Of a stretch of 30,994 nucleotides of DNA, positions 14,254 to 22,920 are shown in pieces. Where the stretch lies: IMG/VR virus record IMGVR_UViG_3300010239_000001, positions 1 through 30,994 of that record, one strand, 5' to 3'. The translations under genes and the position numbers were made by a program. This DNA is from a virus. Positions within the stretch are counted from its first letter, which is position 1. Each line of letters begins with the position of its first letter. The notes beneath the pieces are model-generated. The model ran no database searches. It saw only the letters and a list, made by a program, of their open reading frames with translations, and was not told the origin of the DNA.

Positions 14254-16818
14254 TCATAGTAGGGCTTCTTTTGCTGTCCAGTAACGGAGGCCCTTCGCGA
14301 CTATCCTTGCGGCTTCCTCTTCAGTCTTATCACGGGCATCAACCTGCACGGCACCCTTCTCGAAGACAATCACCTTTGAGCCGGCGCCAGCGGGCGCCCC
14401 GGCTTCAACCCGCACCGTTTTCGCAGCAGCTGCGAGAGAGGCAAGGCTTTCAGCCCGATCGAGCGTACGCCCTACCCTTGCAATGTTTGCAGGGTCCAAG
14501 TCAGGGAATTCCATGATAGTATGCCCGGCTGCTTTCACCCTGAGGGGGCTCTCTCTTCTCCACGTGATCGGAATGTCGATTCTGATAGGTGTCCCTGGTA
14601 TCCCTATTGGAAATGAGGGTGTTCCTGATGTCGCTGGTCTCCCTGTCAGGCTCATGGAGGGTCCACCCTTTCCTGTGGAGCCTCCTCCACCTCCACCTGC
14701 GCCACCAGTGGAACCTGGCGTCTTGTTTTCGACAGGGATTCCGTTCCAGGCGAGGAGAGCGTTGACAGCGTCCCATATTTTCCCTGCTACCTTGTCCCAC
14801 GCGTCTTTCAGTTGACTGAGGAAATCTAGGAGAGGTTTGATCTTGTCTGTGACCCATTGGATTGCGTCCCGGACCGCGTTCCATGCTGCCACTAGAGTGC
14901 CCCATATGAAGCTAGCAATCTTTGAAAATATTTCCCAAACGCGTGAGGCGGCATTTCTCAGTGCATTCCAGGCTGCTACCAGGACTCCCCAGATGAACGC
15001 TCCGACTTGCTTCAGGGCCTCCCAAAGGCGGAGCACGGCCGCTCTGAAGCCTTCGTTTGTCTTCCAAAGGTATAGGAGGATTGCTATGAGCGCTACGATT
15101 GCTATGATGATGATTACGATGGGGTTGGCCGACATGGCCGCGTTTAGGAGCCATTGGCCAGCTGCGGCGATCTTGGAAGCAGCCCCGTAGAGAAAGTTCT
15201 TGACTGCTCCTGCGGCGGTCGCAGCAGCATTCTTTATCGAAGAGCCGATGCTTGCAAGGGTGGCTCTGTTTAAGCCCCACTGTGCGGAGGTCGCACCAGT
15301 TATAGAATCCTTTAAGCGGCCAAATGATGATACAACGCCCCCAGGGACGCCCTTTATCCTGGATATGGCCCCGCTAAGCCGCGCGGACAACCCGGACGTG
15401 TCAGGAAGGGTTACGCGTCCCCGGATGTCAGGAAGGCTTATGCGGCTGAAAGCGTCCTTGGCTTTGCTTCCTATGCCAGATAGAGTGTCTTTGATGCTTG
15501 AGAGTTTGCCTTTCACTTCGTCGAGGGGTGGTAGGGCGTCTCTGATCTTCCCGGGGATTTTGCCCGCAGCGTCCTTCACTTTTCCAAACGCATCCTTTAG
15601 TTTGTCAGTGAGCTTGATCTTATCACCTATTTTTTTGCCAATGCTGATAAAGGGGTCAAAGGCGGTCTTCACAACTGACGCGATCAGGCTAAGGGAGCCT
15701 AGGAATGCGACAATCCCTCCGAAGCCCACTAAGATTTTAGTGGACCACCCGCCAGTTGCTTTGTGAATATCGTCGAATACTTTGAGTATTGTTGATAAAA
15801 CTGGCAGTAAAGCCTCGCCGATGTCTTTGGTGACTTCTCTTATCTTGTCTTGCACCTCGCTCCACTTGTTTACCGTCGTATCCAATTGGCTAATACCTTC
15901 GTACCCCATCTTCCTCAGGATGGGACGTAAAGCCATGGCTCGCTCGAAGGGGCTCTTATCCTTGTATTTTTCCAATTCTTCGACATATGGTGCAAATGGG
16001 CTATCTCGCTTAATCGTCGTGGTTTCTCCTTTGAGAATCCAGTCTATCAGCTCTCTCTTGGCTTCAACTTCAAGTTGCCCGTATTCCATCGAAACTAGGT
16101 AGTAATCGCTGGCTACGGCGGCTACATCTTCAATTTGTTTCTTAGTTAGCTTTGATTGCATCATCATGGGACCAAGAATCATATCAAGGAACTCAGTAGG
16201 CACTGGGCTTCTCTCTACTGCGGATCGCATTCCGCCTAGCATGTTATTAGCTGTTTCTTCCCCCCATCTGCGAGTGAGAATCGTCCTCCGCATCTCCCTC
16301 TGCATTGCACCCCCTACTCCAATGCTCAGCATCTCCATGAGCCCAAAGCCTGCTATGACGCTGCCAATGGCATCTGATAGTCCCTCCATCGAAGCTATTG
16401 CACTTGAAGCCGCGGATTTGACGCTGGAGAGTGCTGAGGTCCCAACGGATCTGAGGGTTTTAAAGGAGCCGCCCGTAGCCGTGGCAGTTGTGCTCAAGGT
16501 CTTGGTAGAGGTGGTTGTTGTGGTGATCGATCCCCTGACGCTTGTTAGCGCTGAGTTGGCCGTCCGTGACGATGAGGCAAAGCTTGTCCCGACTGTTGTG
16601 GCTTCGGCGCTTGCCTTGCGCGTGGCGGTTGTGTTCGCTTGCAGAGCTGCTTGTACTTTTGCTAGGGAGGACGTAGCTGCATTAGATGATGCTGCAAATT
16701 GGGAGCCCATTCTGGAGGCTCTTGAGGTTGTTGAGTTGATTGCTGCGTTTATTCTGTGGAGTGCGGCGCTCACATTCTCAGTTGCGCGGATCCGAACGAG
16801 GAGGTCGGTTGCGGGCAT
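14254..16818 (-). CDS. tail tape measure protein
   Basis: 854 aa, Ala/Ser/Thr-rich helical N-terminus, ANPIVIIIIAIVALIAILLYLWKTNEGFRAAV..W motif, Trp-periodic repeats; position after the chaperones. Confidence 0.9.
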   Translation of the reverse strand: MPATDLLVRIRATENVSAALHRINAAINSTTSRASRMGSQFAASSNAATSSLAKVQAALQANTTATRKASAEATTVGTSFASSSRTANSALTSVRGSITTTTTSTKTLSTTATATGGSFKTLRSVGTSALSSVKSAASSAIASMEGLSDAIGSVIAGFGLMEMLSIGVGGAMQREMRRTILTRRWGEETANNMLGGMRSAVERSPVPTEFLDMILGPMMMQSKLTKKQIEDVAAVASDYYLVSMEYGQLEVEAKRELIDWILKGETTTIKRDSPFAPYVEELEKYKDKSPFERAMALRPILRKMGYEGISQLDTTVNKWSEVQDKIREVTKDIGEALLPVLSTILKVFDDIHKATGGWSTKILVGFGGIVAFLGSLSLIASVVKTAFDPFISIGKKIGDKIKLTDKLKDAFGKVKDAAGKIPGKIRDALPPLDEVKGKLSSIKDTLSGIGSKAKDAFSRISLPDIRGRVTLPDTSGLSARLSGAISRIKGVPGGVVSSFGRLKDSITGATSAQWGLNRATLASIGSSIKNAAATAAGAVKNFLYGAASKIAAAGQWLLNAAMSANPIVIIIIAIVALIAILLYLWKTNEGFRAAVLRLWEALKQVGAFIWGVLVAAWNALRNAASRVWEIFSKIASFIWGTLVAAWNAVRDAIQWVTDKIKPLLDFLSQLKDAWDKVAGKIWDAVNALLAWNGIPVENKTPGSTGGAGGGGGGSTGKGGPSMSLTGRPATSGTPSFPIGIPGTPIRIDIPITWRRESPLRVKAAGHTIMEFPDLDPANIARVGRTLDRAESLASLAAAAKTVRVEAGAPAGAGSKVIVFEKGAVQVDARDKTEEEAARIVAKGLRYWTAKEALL

Positions 16819-16822
16819 AAGC

Positions 16823-17032
16823 TCACACGTTTAATTTGCTCTTTAGCTTTTTTCTCTCCTTTTCGAGCTTTTTATGCTCCTCGGCTTCACGTAAGAGCCT
16901 GAAATAATGGTAAGCGTAAAGTGCGAGGATATCTTTCTCATATTTGTGCTTTATGACCTTGGCCGGCCGCCAGCCAAGGTCTCGGCAGATTCTGCGGATA
17001 ACCTCAAATTCTGCTGACTTTGTTAAGGCGAA
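16823..17032 (-). CDS. tail assembly chaperone C-terminal extension (GT-like), reachable only by a +1 frameshift from 17004..17774; not in the ORF track
   Basis: Open frame 17071..16823 has no ATG/GTG/TTG start apart from a GTG at its last sense codon; translation FALTKSAEFEVIRRICRDLGWRPAKVIKHKYEKDILALYAYHYFRLLREAEEHKKLEKERKKLKSKLNV; ends 5 nt before the tape measure start. Confidence 0.7.
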   Translation of the reverse strand, partial: FALTKSAEFEVIRRICRDLGWRPAKVIKHKYEKDILALYAYHYFRLLREAEEHKKLEKERKKLKSKLNV

Positions 17033-17774
17033 ACAACTTGTCTGTTTCGTCTTTGGATAATCCGAGGGCTTCTAGGGTTTTGATTAAGGCAACGGATTGT
17101 AGGGCTGTTGATTGAGCCTTCCAAAACTCCAAGGCCTTCTTTTTGTCATCGGGCGGTGATAGGAAGGTTGCGAGGAATTTGGCAACGTTTTCGGTTTCTT
17201 TTGCGAGGCTCTTCATTCTGAGTTGGTCAAGCTTGAACATCAGTTCTAGGTACTCTTCTTCCTCTTTTTCGTTTTTGAGCATGCCTGTCATGCCTTTTCG
17301 CAGTTTCACGCGTTCAGCAGCCGTTAGCTGTTCGAGGATGCGCTCATCCATGTTCACCATCGATAGATCATCCCCGGGCTCTATGGGCTTAACTCTGAAT
17401 TCTAGGATGTATTCGCCCGTATTTATCCTAATCCTCTTCTCTCGATCAGGCTTGAAGACCTCAAGGAGCTCACGCTCTGTCTTCAGAACGGCCTTGAAGT
17501 TCTCAAGATCCTCCAGCGTTTTCTCGAGTCTGTTCTTTTGCTTTTTGCTCTTGATCGTCTTATCGATCTCATCTTTATATTTGACGAAGAGCTCGCGCAG
17601 ACGCTTGATTTTCAGATCATCAGAAGCCTTGATCTCGCTCTCTTCAAGCTCCTTGACAAGCTCTTGCTCATCCGCGGCCAATTTGAGTTTCTTCAAGGCT
17701 GGAAGGAACTGGTTCTTTGCAAGTTCTAGGAGCGCTTCTTTTGCGATTTGTTCGTCTGTCTTAACCTCTGCCAA
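17004..17774 (-). CDS. tail assembly chaperone (G-like)
   Basis: Helical, charged 256-aa ORF between the tube and tape measure genes; TTG start with GAGGAGGGG RBS. Confidence 0.7.
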   Translation of the reverse strand: MAEVKTDEQIAKEALLELAKNQFLPALKKLKLAADEQELVKELEESEIKASDDLKIKRLRELFVKYKDEIDKTIKSKKQKNRLEKTLEDLENFKAVLKTERELLEVFKPDREKRIRINTGEYILEFRVKPIEPGDDLSMVNMDERILEQLTAAERVKLRKGMTGMLKNEKEEEEYLELMFKLDQLRMKSLAKETENVAKFLATFLSPPDDKKKALEFWKAQSTALQSVALIKTLEALGLSKDETDKLFRLNKVSRI

Positions 17775-17806
17775 AAGATAACCCCTCCTCTAAGGTTGTA
17801 GGGTGG

Positions 17807-17830
17807 GGGAGAAGCTCGGGGGCTCCTCCC
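17807..17830 (-). other. intergenic RNA hairpin after the tail tube gene
   Basis: mRNA GGGAGGAGC-CCCCGA-GCTTCTCCC forms a 9-bp stem (one G-U pair). Confidence 0.5.
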
Positions 17831-17840
17831 TTCAACGGGT

Positions 17841-18326
17841 TTAGGTCTGGAAGGCTGGTGATTCCTCGATTAGTTGGGGTGCGAGGACTTCGAAGCCATG
17901 GTGAGCCTTTAATTTCCACTTTTGAGAGCTTGGTTCGTTTATCGTGAATTCTGTGTCGATGTCGACGCTGCTGCATCCGTAAAATCGCATGGCCTCGACG
18001 AACTGGGCTTGGCTTTCAGAATAGGCCCACACTGAGATCGTTAGATCGTGATTGTCGGCCATCTGTTCGAGCTGGCGCTTGTAGGGGAGCTCATGGACGA
18101 GCATGTCGTCAAATTCGAGCTCTATCTCCCATTTTCCGTCGACGACAAGGGATGGGAAGGGGCCGTTTGTGTAGACTGCTTTTTGGTCTTTCTTGGAGGA
18201 GATTTTGAGTTTGCTTGCGTGGACTTGTATGGCTTGATCTTGTGACTTGGCGACGAAGTAGGCGAGGCCCCCGCCGTATACGACTTTGGGGAGTTGTGCT
18301 TTTGCGGTTGTGACCATTATTGTCAC
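17841..18326 (-). CDS. tail tube protein
   Basis: 161 aa beta-rich protein directly after the sheath; pattern LKISSKKDQKAVYTNG..GKWEIELEFD..RFYGC. Confidence 0.75.
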   Translation of the reverse strand: MTIMVTTAKAQLPKVVYGGGLAYFVAKSQDQAIQVHASKLKISSKKDQKAVYTNGPFPSLVVDGKWEIELEFDDMLVHELPYKRQLEQMADNHDLTISVWAYSESQAQFVEAMRFYGCSSVDIDTEFTINEPSSQKWKLKAHHGFEVLAPQLIEESPAFQT

Positions 18327-18345
18327 CGTATTCGGTTAATTTAGC

Positions 18346-19569
18346 TTAACTTGTGACGTATGAACCTTGTGCGGTGATCGTGGTCGTTATTCTGACTTGT
18401 TCAATGCTCTCGGGCGGTATTAGGTTCATTTCGAGGTCTAGCATGTTTGGTGAGTCTGCGTTGACGTATGCGTCGATTGTTCCACCGGCGATGGTCCCTA
18501 AGCTCGTCTCTCGGGCTATGATCGCCTCTCCACCGCTCTTGACCATGTTGGCAGCGTCCTCTGTCGCCATCTCATATATCATGCCGGCTGCCATGTCCAT
18601 GATCCTCTTGGCGACGTAGTCGCAGGCGACTCTTGCATAGATCGTCGAATCAACGGGCCTTTGACCGTTGGGGTCCTTTCGATAAGACGTTAGCACTGGC
18701 CAGACCGGACCGTAGCGGACTGCGCTCCTTGGCTTAAACAGCCAATCGCAGTTTATACCGGCTTCTTTTAACTGTACGAGCTCTGACCATGGCCTCTCAA
18801 GAATGTAGTCGTCTGTTATGGTCTTGTATGTGTGTTTGCCAGGGTTCTCCCATGGGTACGTGCCTGCAATGAGCCCAGCGAAGCCCGCCAGGTTGTTAGG
18901 GTTGTCATAGAGGCATATACGGGAAGAGCGGATATATGAGAGCTCGCCAGTGTTTGTTGGATCTGTGAGGTCTATGAGCTCAGCGACGGTCGCAGAGGAT
19001 GGTGTTGGGGCATAGGCGATCGTTGGCCTTGGGAAATTGGAGTAGCCAAGTGATGGGTCGCCGTGGAGCATCTTGTAGAGATGATCGTCGACCTTGTTCA
19101 AGAAGTAAGTGAATGCGTTGGGGTACGTAGTTGTGTCGATTGTAAGTTGGTCTATTCCGATTTGGTCGCCCGCATCAAGGTAGATTTCCATGTCGATCTG
19201 GTCATTGACGTCTGCGAGGAGATCAGCTGCGTGCAAGTACCTGTTTATGATGTCTTCGACCGTTAGGGCTGTTGTGTCGCCGATATCAACCACATAGACG
19301 TGGTTTACGGGGCATCGCTGAATGTCGTGGCATATTCTGGCCTCAAAGAAGAACTGCTTGACCGCTGCGACCAGTCGCCCACCCTCTTCCTCGCTTGTGT
19401 AATTTGCGACGACGTCTGGGAAGTATTCGACTCTTTCAACTGTTATATTGTCTGGGTTGGTTATTTCGACGTTGGATGAGCCTATTATTGCGGCTGTCTT
19501 GCCCTCGCCTTGGCAGCGAGGAACCAGCTCAACCTCCTCGGGGCTGTAGATCACTCCGGGAAGTCCCAT
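18346..19569 (-). CDS. contractile tail sheath protein
   Basis: N-terminal MGLPGVIYSPEE, C-terminal LKEAGINC..STIYARVACDYV..LDLEMNLIPPESIEQVRITTTI, typical of sheath proteins. Confidence 0.85.
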   Translation of the reverse strand: MGLPGVIYSPEEVELVPRCQGEGKTAAIIGSSNVEITNPDNITVERVEYFPDVVANYTSEEEGGRLVAAVKQFFFEARICHDIQRCPVNHVYVVDIGDTTALTVEDIINRYLHAADLLADVNDQIDMEIYLDAGDQIGIDQLTIDTTTYPNAFTYFLNKVDDHLYKMLHGDPSLGYSNFPRPTIAYAPTPSSATVAELIDLTDPTNTGELSYIRSSRICLYDNPNNLAGFAGLIAGTYPWENPGKHTYKTITDDYILERPWSELVQLKEAGINCDWLFKPRSAVRYGPVWPVLTSYRKDPNGQRPVDSTIYARVACDYVAKRIMDMAAGMIYEMATEDAANMVKSGGEAIIARETSLGTIAGGTIDAYVNADSPNMLDLEMNLIPPESIEQVRITTTITAQGSYVTS

Positions 19570-19606
19570 TTTGCTTTCACCTCATAGGTTTCCAAATTTT
19601 CTCATT

Positions 19607-20257
19607 TTATGCGTTCGCGACTTTGAAATTGGTGTAGAGTGGAGCCGTGTCCTTGTCAGTTTCTTTCACGGTTATTATCATCTCCTGCCGTCCAATATAA
19701 ACAGGGGGCTTATGATCAGCGTCAAGATCATGATCCCAGCGCCCAATCTGCACACTGAAGACATTGAAGTCCAGGAAGGGTGAGGTTGGACCTCTGTAGT
19801 GCGGATCTTCTTCATCTGTGATGTTCCAGTACGGGCAGCGTGCGAACGGGCTATCGGGGGAATATGTGGTGCGCGCATCGCATTCCTGGCCCGTTACGGT
19901 GCAATTCGGATCTTGATAGTTCCTACAGAAGGTGTAGTGGCTTCTTTGTGCTTTTCGGGTTAGGTCTATGACTTGTTGGAGGATTTCATCTCGCTCCTTT
20001 ACGCTATTAGAGTATATGAGCACGTCTATGGTGTATTCGTGGAGCCTCATCACACTTCTTTCAACGTCGGTGTCGCTCACAACGCGAAAGGATGAAATGC
20101 GATAGGGCAGCTGCCTATTATGCGTTAGATGGAATGTGACGAATGGAAGCTCGATTTGCTCTTTGAGTTTTATGATAACAGGTATTATCCGATCATCTAC
20201 CGCGATCCTGTCCTTGAAAATGTACTGAAAGAAGAGGAGAGGGTCCAGCTCGGCCAT
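19607..20257 (-). CDS. tail terminator/completion protein with a four-Cys insertion
   Basis: LPFVTFHL..YTIDVLIYSNSVKERDEILQQV pattern; last gene before the sheath. Confidence 0.65.
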   Translation of the reverse strand: MAELDPLLFFQYIFKDRIAVDDRIIPVIIKLKEQIELPFVTFHLTHNRQLPYRISSFRVVSDTDVERSVMRLHEYTIDVLIYSNSVKERDEILQQVIDLTRKAQRSHYTFCRNYQDPNCTVTGQECDARTTYSPDSPFARCPYWNITDEEDPHYRGPTSPFLDFNVFSVQIGRWDHDLDADHKPPVYIGRQEMIITVKETDKDTAPLYTNFKVANA

Positions 20258-20724
20258 TAGAACAATCTCCTCTTAAATTCTTCTAATTTGGTCCGTAGCT
20301 TGCCCCTTGCAATGTATTCGTTCACGATGCGTTGGTGGTATGGTCTTGGAGCGACTCTACCAGGTCCGCCAGGAGCCCGGCGTGAATAGGAGCCTCCATA
20401 CACTCTATGCAGCAGGTAGAACCAGTACCTCCGCTGTCCAGGCGTTACGAGCGTTCTATGCCCCCTGATGACTAGCCAGGCATGGTGGTATTGTCCGAGC
20501 ATTTTCCGGGAAACGACGCCCGCGGAGCCCCCGCCAAGGTTCACAGCTTGATGCGAGGCCCGTAAACCACCAGTGTCCTTGGGGACGTGTGGAGAAAAGC
20601 GGAAATCCTTAGCTATGTCACTTGCGATGTCGTAGGCTAGCTTGTCGGCGGCCGTTTTGGCTTTCGAGGCCATAGCATTGATTTTTTCTTTTCCTATGAT
20701 TTCTATCTGTACTTGCATTGACAA
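20257..20724 (-). CDS. neck/tail-completion protein (HK97 gp10-like)
   Basis: VPKDTGGLRAS..H.WLVIRG..G..PRPY motif pattern. Confidence 0.75.
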   Translation of the reverse strand: MSMQVQIEIIGKEKINAMASKAKTAADKLAYDIASDIAKDFRFSPHVPKDTGGLRASHQAVNLGGGSAGVVSRKMLGQYHHAWLVIRGHRTLVTPGQRRYWFYLLHRVYGGSYSRRAPGGPGRVAPRPYHQRIVNEYIARGKLRTKLEEFKRRLF

Positions 20725-20739
20725 AGCCGGACAGCCCTC

Positions 20740-21093
20740 CTACAGCATCCTACTTGGTTTATTTTCCTCCTGGCGTTGTAAGGTCACCCGTTGATAGTTT
20801 AGGAGCTTGTAGTGGTGAGGTTGTGAGCTTACGCGGAGAGTAAAGTCGTATCCGTCGACTTTCACACGATCATCGTAGCGTATGTCCACATCGGCAGGAA
20901 GGAAGAGACGATACAGGCTTATCTCCTTGTCACCATACTCTTGTAACTTCTCTCTGTCTCCCATGCGCTGAAAGTCTCCCTCGACTTCAGCGACGAGCTG
21001 TAAAGCGTCCTCTCCTTCATTGTAGTATGTGCTGCTAGAGTCCTCAACGAGCCGGTAAATCCGGATTTTGTGGGTTTTGAAGGCTGGGATCAT
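20740..21093 (-). CDS. head closure (stopper) protein, SPP1 gp16-like
   Basis: YRLFLPADVDIRYDDRVKVDG pattern; position in the head-tail joining cluster. Confidence 0.7.
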   Translation of the reverse strand: MIPAFKTHKIRIYRLVEDSSSTYYNEGEDALQLVAEVEGDFQRMGDREKLQEYGDKEISLYRLFLPADVDIRYDDRVKVDGYDFTLRVSSQPHHYKLLNYQRVTLQRQEENKPSRML

Positions 21094-21099
21094 CTTATT

Positions 21100-21384
21100 C
21101 TACTTGTAGACGATTTTCACGCGCTCCATGATTGGTAGAGTTACTGGGAAGCGTAGAATACCGTCCTCGTAGATGTAGTCGGCGACTTCGAGGCCCTGGG
21201 GCCGGCCCTTGGGGATTACTTTGACAGAGACGATCTCCTTGGCGTCTAATTCGAGCCCTGAGCCATCAGTGCGGACGATGATGGTTTTCAACTTCTCTTT
21301 TGCTTTCTTGCTTTTGGCTTTCTTCCCTGCTTTTGCTTTTTCAGCCTTCTTCTTTTCTGCTTCTTTTATTTTCTTTTTGGCCAT
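21100..21384 (-). CDS. hypothetical protein with a Lys/Ala-rich basic N-terminus
   Basis: MAKKKIKEAEKKKAEKAKAGKKAKSKKAKEKLK followed by a small beta domain; co-directional and tightly packed. Confidence 0.6.
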   Translation of the reverse strand: MAKKKIKEAEKKKAEKAKAGKKAKSKKAKEKLKTIIVRTDGSGLELDAKEIVSVKVIPKGRPQGLEVADYIYEDGILRFPVTLPIMERVKIVYK

Positions 21385-21407
21385 CTTATCATAGCCCCTG
21401 GCTTGTT

Positions 21408-21842
21408 TTATCTTACGACTTGTGGTGTGAGCTCAATCACGCTGATTGTAACGGGCAGATTGACCATTTGGAAGTTTATCTGCGTCACATCAGTCAAATC
21501 AAAGACGTACGTAGTCAATGTGGGCAAAGTAGCGTAGTTTGTTTGATCGTCGAAATTCATCTGAAAGACTTCGTCGTCGCCGCTTCCCACTATAATGACC
21601 CGTGTGGGGTTCTCTGGTACAGCAAGAGTATAGGAGTCGGTGGGTGATGATTCTGTGAGCGTAATGGTGCTAGGCTCTGATGGTGTGGAGTATACGATCC
21701 CCGCGTTGACTTTCAAGTTGCCTCCACTGTCCTTTTGGAACAGGCCGAGCTGGTCGTCCAGGATCGCGTAGACGCGGCCCCTGCTGTCGATCTTGATGGG
21801 TCTGAAGGTGCTTGGGCTCTCCTCCCCTCCTACAAGTGGCAT
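21408..21842 (-). CDS. hypothetical (probable virion) protein
   Basis: Beta-rich 144 aa; RBS GAGGGGGTGA; lies within the head-tail cluster. Confidence 0.65.
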   Translation of the reverse strand: MPLVGGEESPSTFRPIKIDSRGRVYAILDDQLGLFQKDSGGNLKVNAGIVYSTPSEPSTITLTESSPTDSYTLAVPENPTRVIIVGSGDDEVFQMNFDDQTNYATLPTLTTYVFDLTDVTQINFQMVNLPVTISVIELTPQVVR

Positions 21843-21862
21843 ACAATCACCCCTCTGATGTT

Positions 21863-22324
21863 TTATTCTTCATCGTCTTCGAAGAACTCAGTCCAGTCAA
21901 ATCCGACTCTCTTCGTTGTCCCGTCGCTAAGAGTCCACGTTGTTCCGCTTGTGAAGGCCTTAACGCCGATTATCTTCCTTAAGTACTTCTTGTATAGCTG
22001 GTGATAGTCGAAGGAGGTGTCTGGGGCCTCTGTTCTTGTTTCCTGTTCGGAGGCGTAGGTTATGGTTATGTCGCCCTCTTTGATCGACTTTACCCTTGAA
22101 AGAGTCTGATGTTCAAGTATATCATTGTACTGGAGCCATGCGAGCGTCCCATAGACGACACACATCTTAGCGTTGTAATCTGAGTCTGGGAGGGAAGGAT
22201 TGATCCTCCTTATCTGTGTCTCAATGTCATTCATCTTCCATTCGATTGCGGCCTGGTTTTCAGTGACGAATTCGTCTGAGAGACGCCCGGCAGCCTTCAC
22301 ATCATCTATCGTGGCGAATGGCAG
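21863..22324 (-). CDS. head-tail adaptor (gp15/gp6-like); probable CTG start at 22324 (ORF track starts at GTG 22300)
   Basis: RVKSIKEGDITITYA motif; the extended N-terminus (M)PFATIDDVK matches adaptor N-termini; GGAGG sits 8 nt before the CTG; in-frame TAG at 22342..22340. Confidence 0.7.
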   Translation of the reverse strand: MPFATIDDVKAAGRLSDEFVTENQAAIEWKMNDIETQIRRINPSLPDSDYNAKMCVVYGTLAWLQYNDILEHQTLSRVKSIKEGDITITYASEQETRTEAPDTSFDYHQLYKKYLRKIIGVKAFTSGTTWTLSDGTTKRVGFDWTEFFEDDEE

Positions 22325-22354
22325 CTTCCTCCCCTCCCCCTACTTTCACTCAGG

Positions 22355-22840
22355 TTAGGATTTGAGAAGAACAACGGTATACGTGACGCTGTTACCGTCT
22401 CCGGGCGCAGAATCGACTTCTATATCGACTTCGCTGTTTGCTGTGTCGATGGAAAGTGATTTAACGGCTATGCCGCCGGCTGTTCCGGATGCGGCTGACT
22501 GGAAGACCCCGAGAATCTGTGCGCTCGTGTCTGAGATCGCCGCTGACCCTGCGGTGGCTGTTCCTGAGATTGTCACGTCCACGGCTTCAAGGCTGGCTTT
22601 GGCTTTGGTTACTGCGCCGTCAGCAAGTCTTACAGTGGTTACGCCGCCTTCAGCGATCTTTAATGCGGTCACAGCACCGTTAGCTATTTTTGCACCGGTG
22701 ATTGCTCCGTCTTTGATGTGCTCTGTGGCTACGGCGCCAGCATCTAGCTCTACCCCGCTTTCGAGGTCTTTGAGGAAGTCTATAACTGCCTTTATTCTCC
22801 CTTTTCTGCTGAATAAGAATTTTTTGAGGCTTGCGTCCAT
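22355..22840 (-). CDS. capsid decoration/head-fibre-like protein with decapeptide repeats
   Basis: Directly after the capsid gene; IKDGAITGAK/IANGAVTALK/IAEGGVTTVR/LADGAVTKAK repeats. Confidence 0.6.
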   Translation of the reverse strand: MDASLKKFLFSRKGRIKAVIDFLKDLESGVELDAGAVATEHIKDGAITGAKIANGAVTALKIAEGGVTTVRLADGAVTKAKASLEAVDVTISGTATAGSAAISDTSAQILGVFQSAASGTAGGIAVKSLSIDTANSEVDIEVDSAPGDGNSVTYTVVLLKS

Positions 22841-22888
22841 TGTTATTCCCTCCGGGGCTGTCAGATGTTTTGAAATAGGCCTTAGCGT

Positions 22889-22912
22889 TTCCCTGTCTAA
22901 AAAATTGAAAAG
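22889..22912 (-). terminator. oligo-T terminator after the major capsid gene
   Basis: Minus strand CTCCCGCCTTTTCAATTTTTTAG immediately after the capsid stop. Confidence 0.5.
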
Positions 22913-22920
22913 GCGGGAGT

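Noticed and set aside
14870-15060. Trp-periodic repeats in the tape measure protein (FIWG.LVAAWNA.R twice)
   Set aside because: These are ordinary for tape measure proteins and diverged at the DNA level.
6681-22898. Shared 12-mer TTTTTTAGACAG (plus strand at 6681, minus strand near 22887-22898)
   Set aside because: Only two copies were seen, half of it is homopolymer, and the orientations are opposite; chance is a sufficient explanation.
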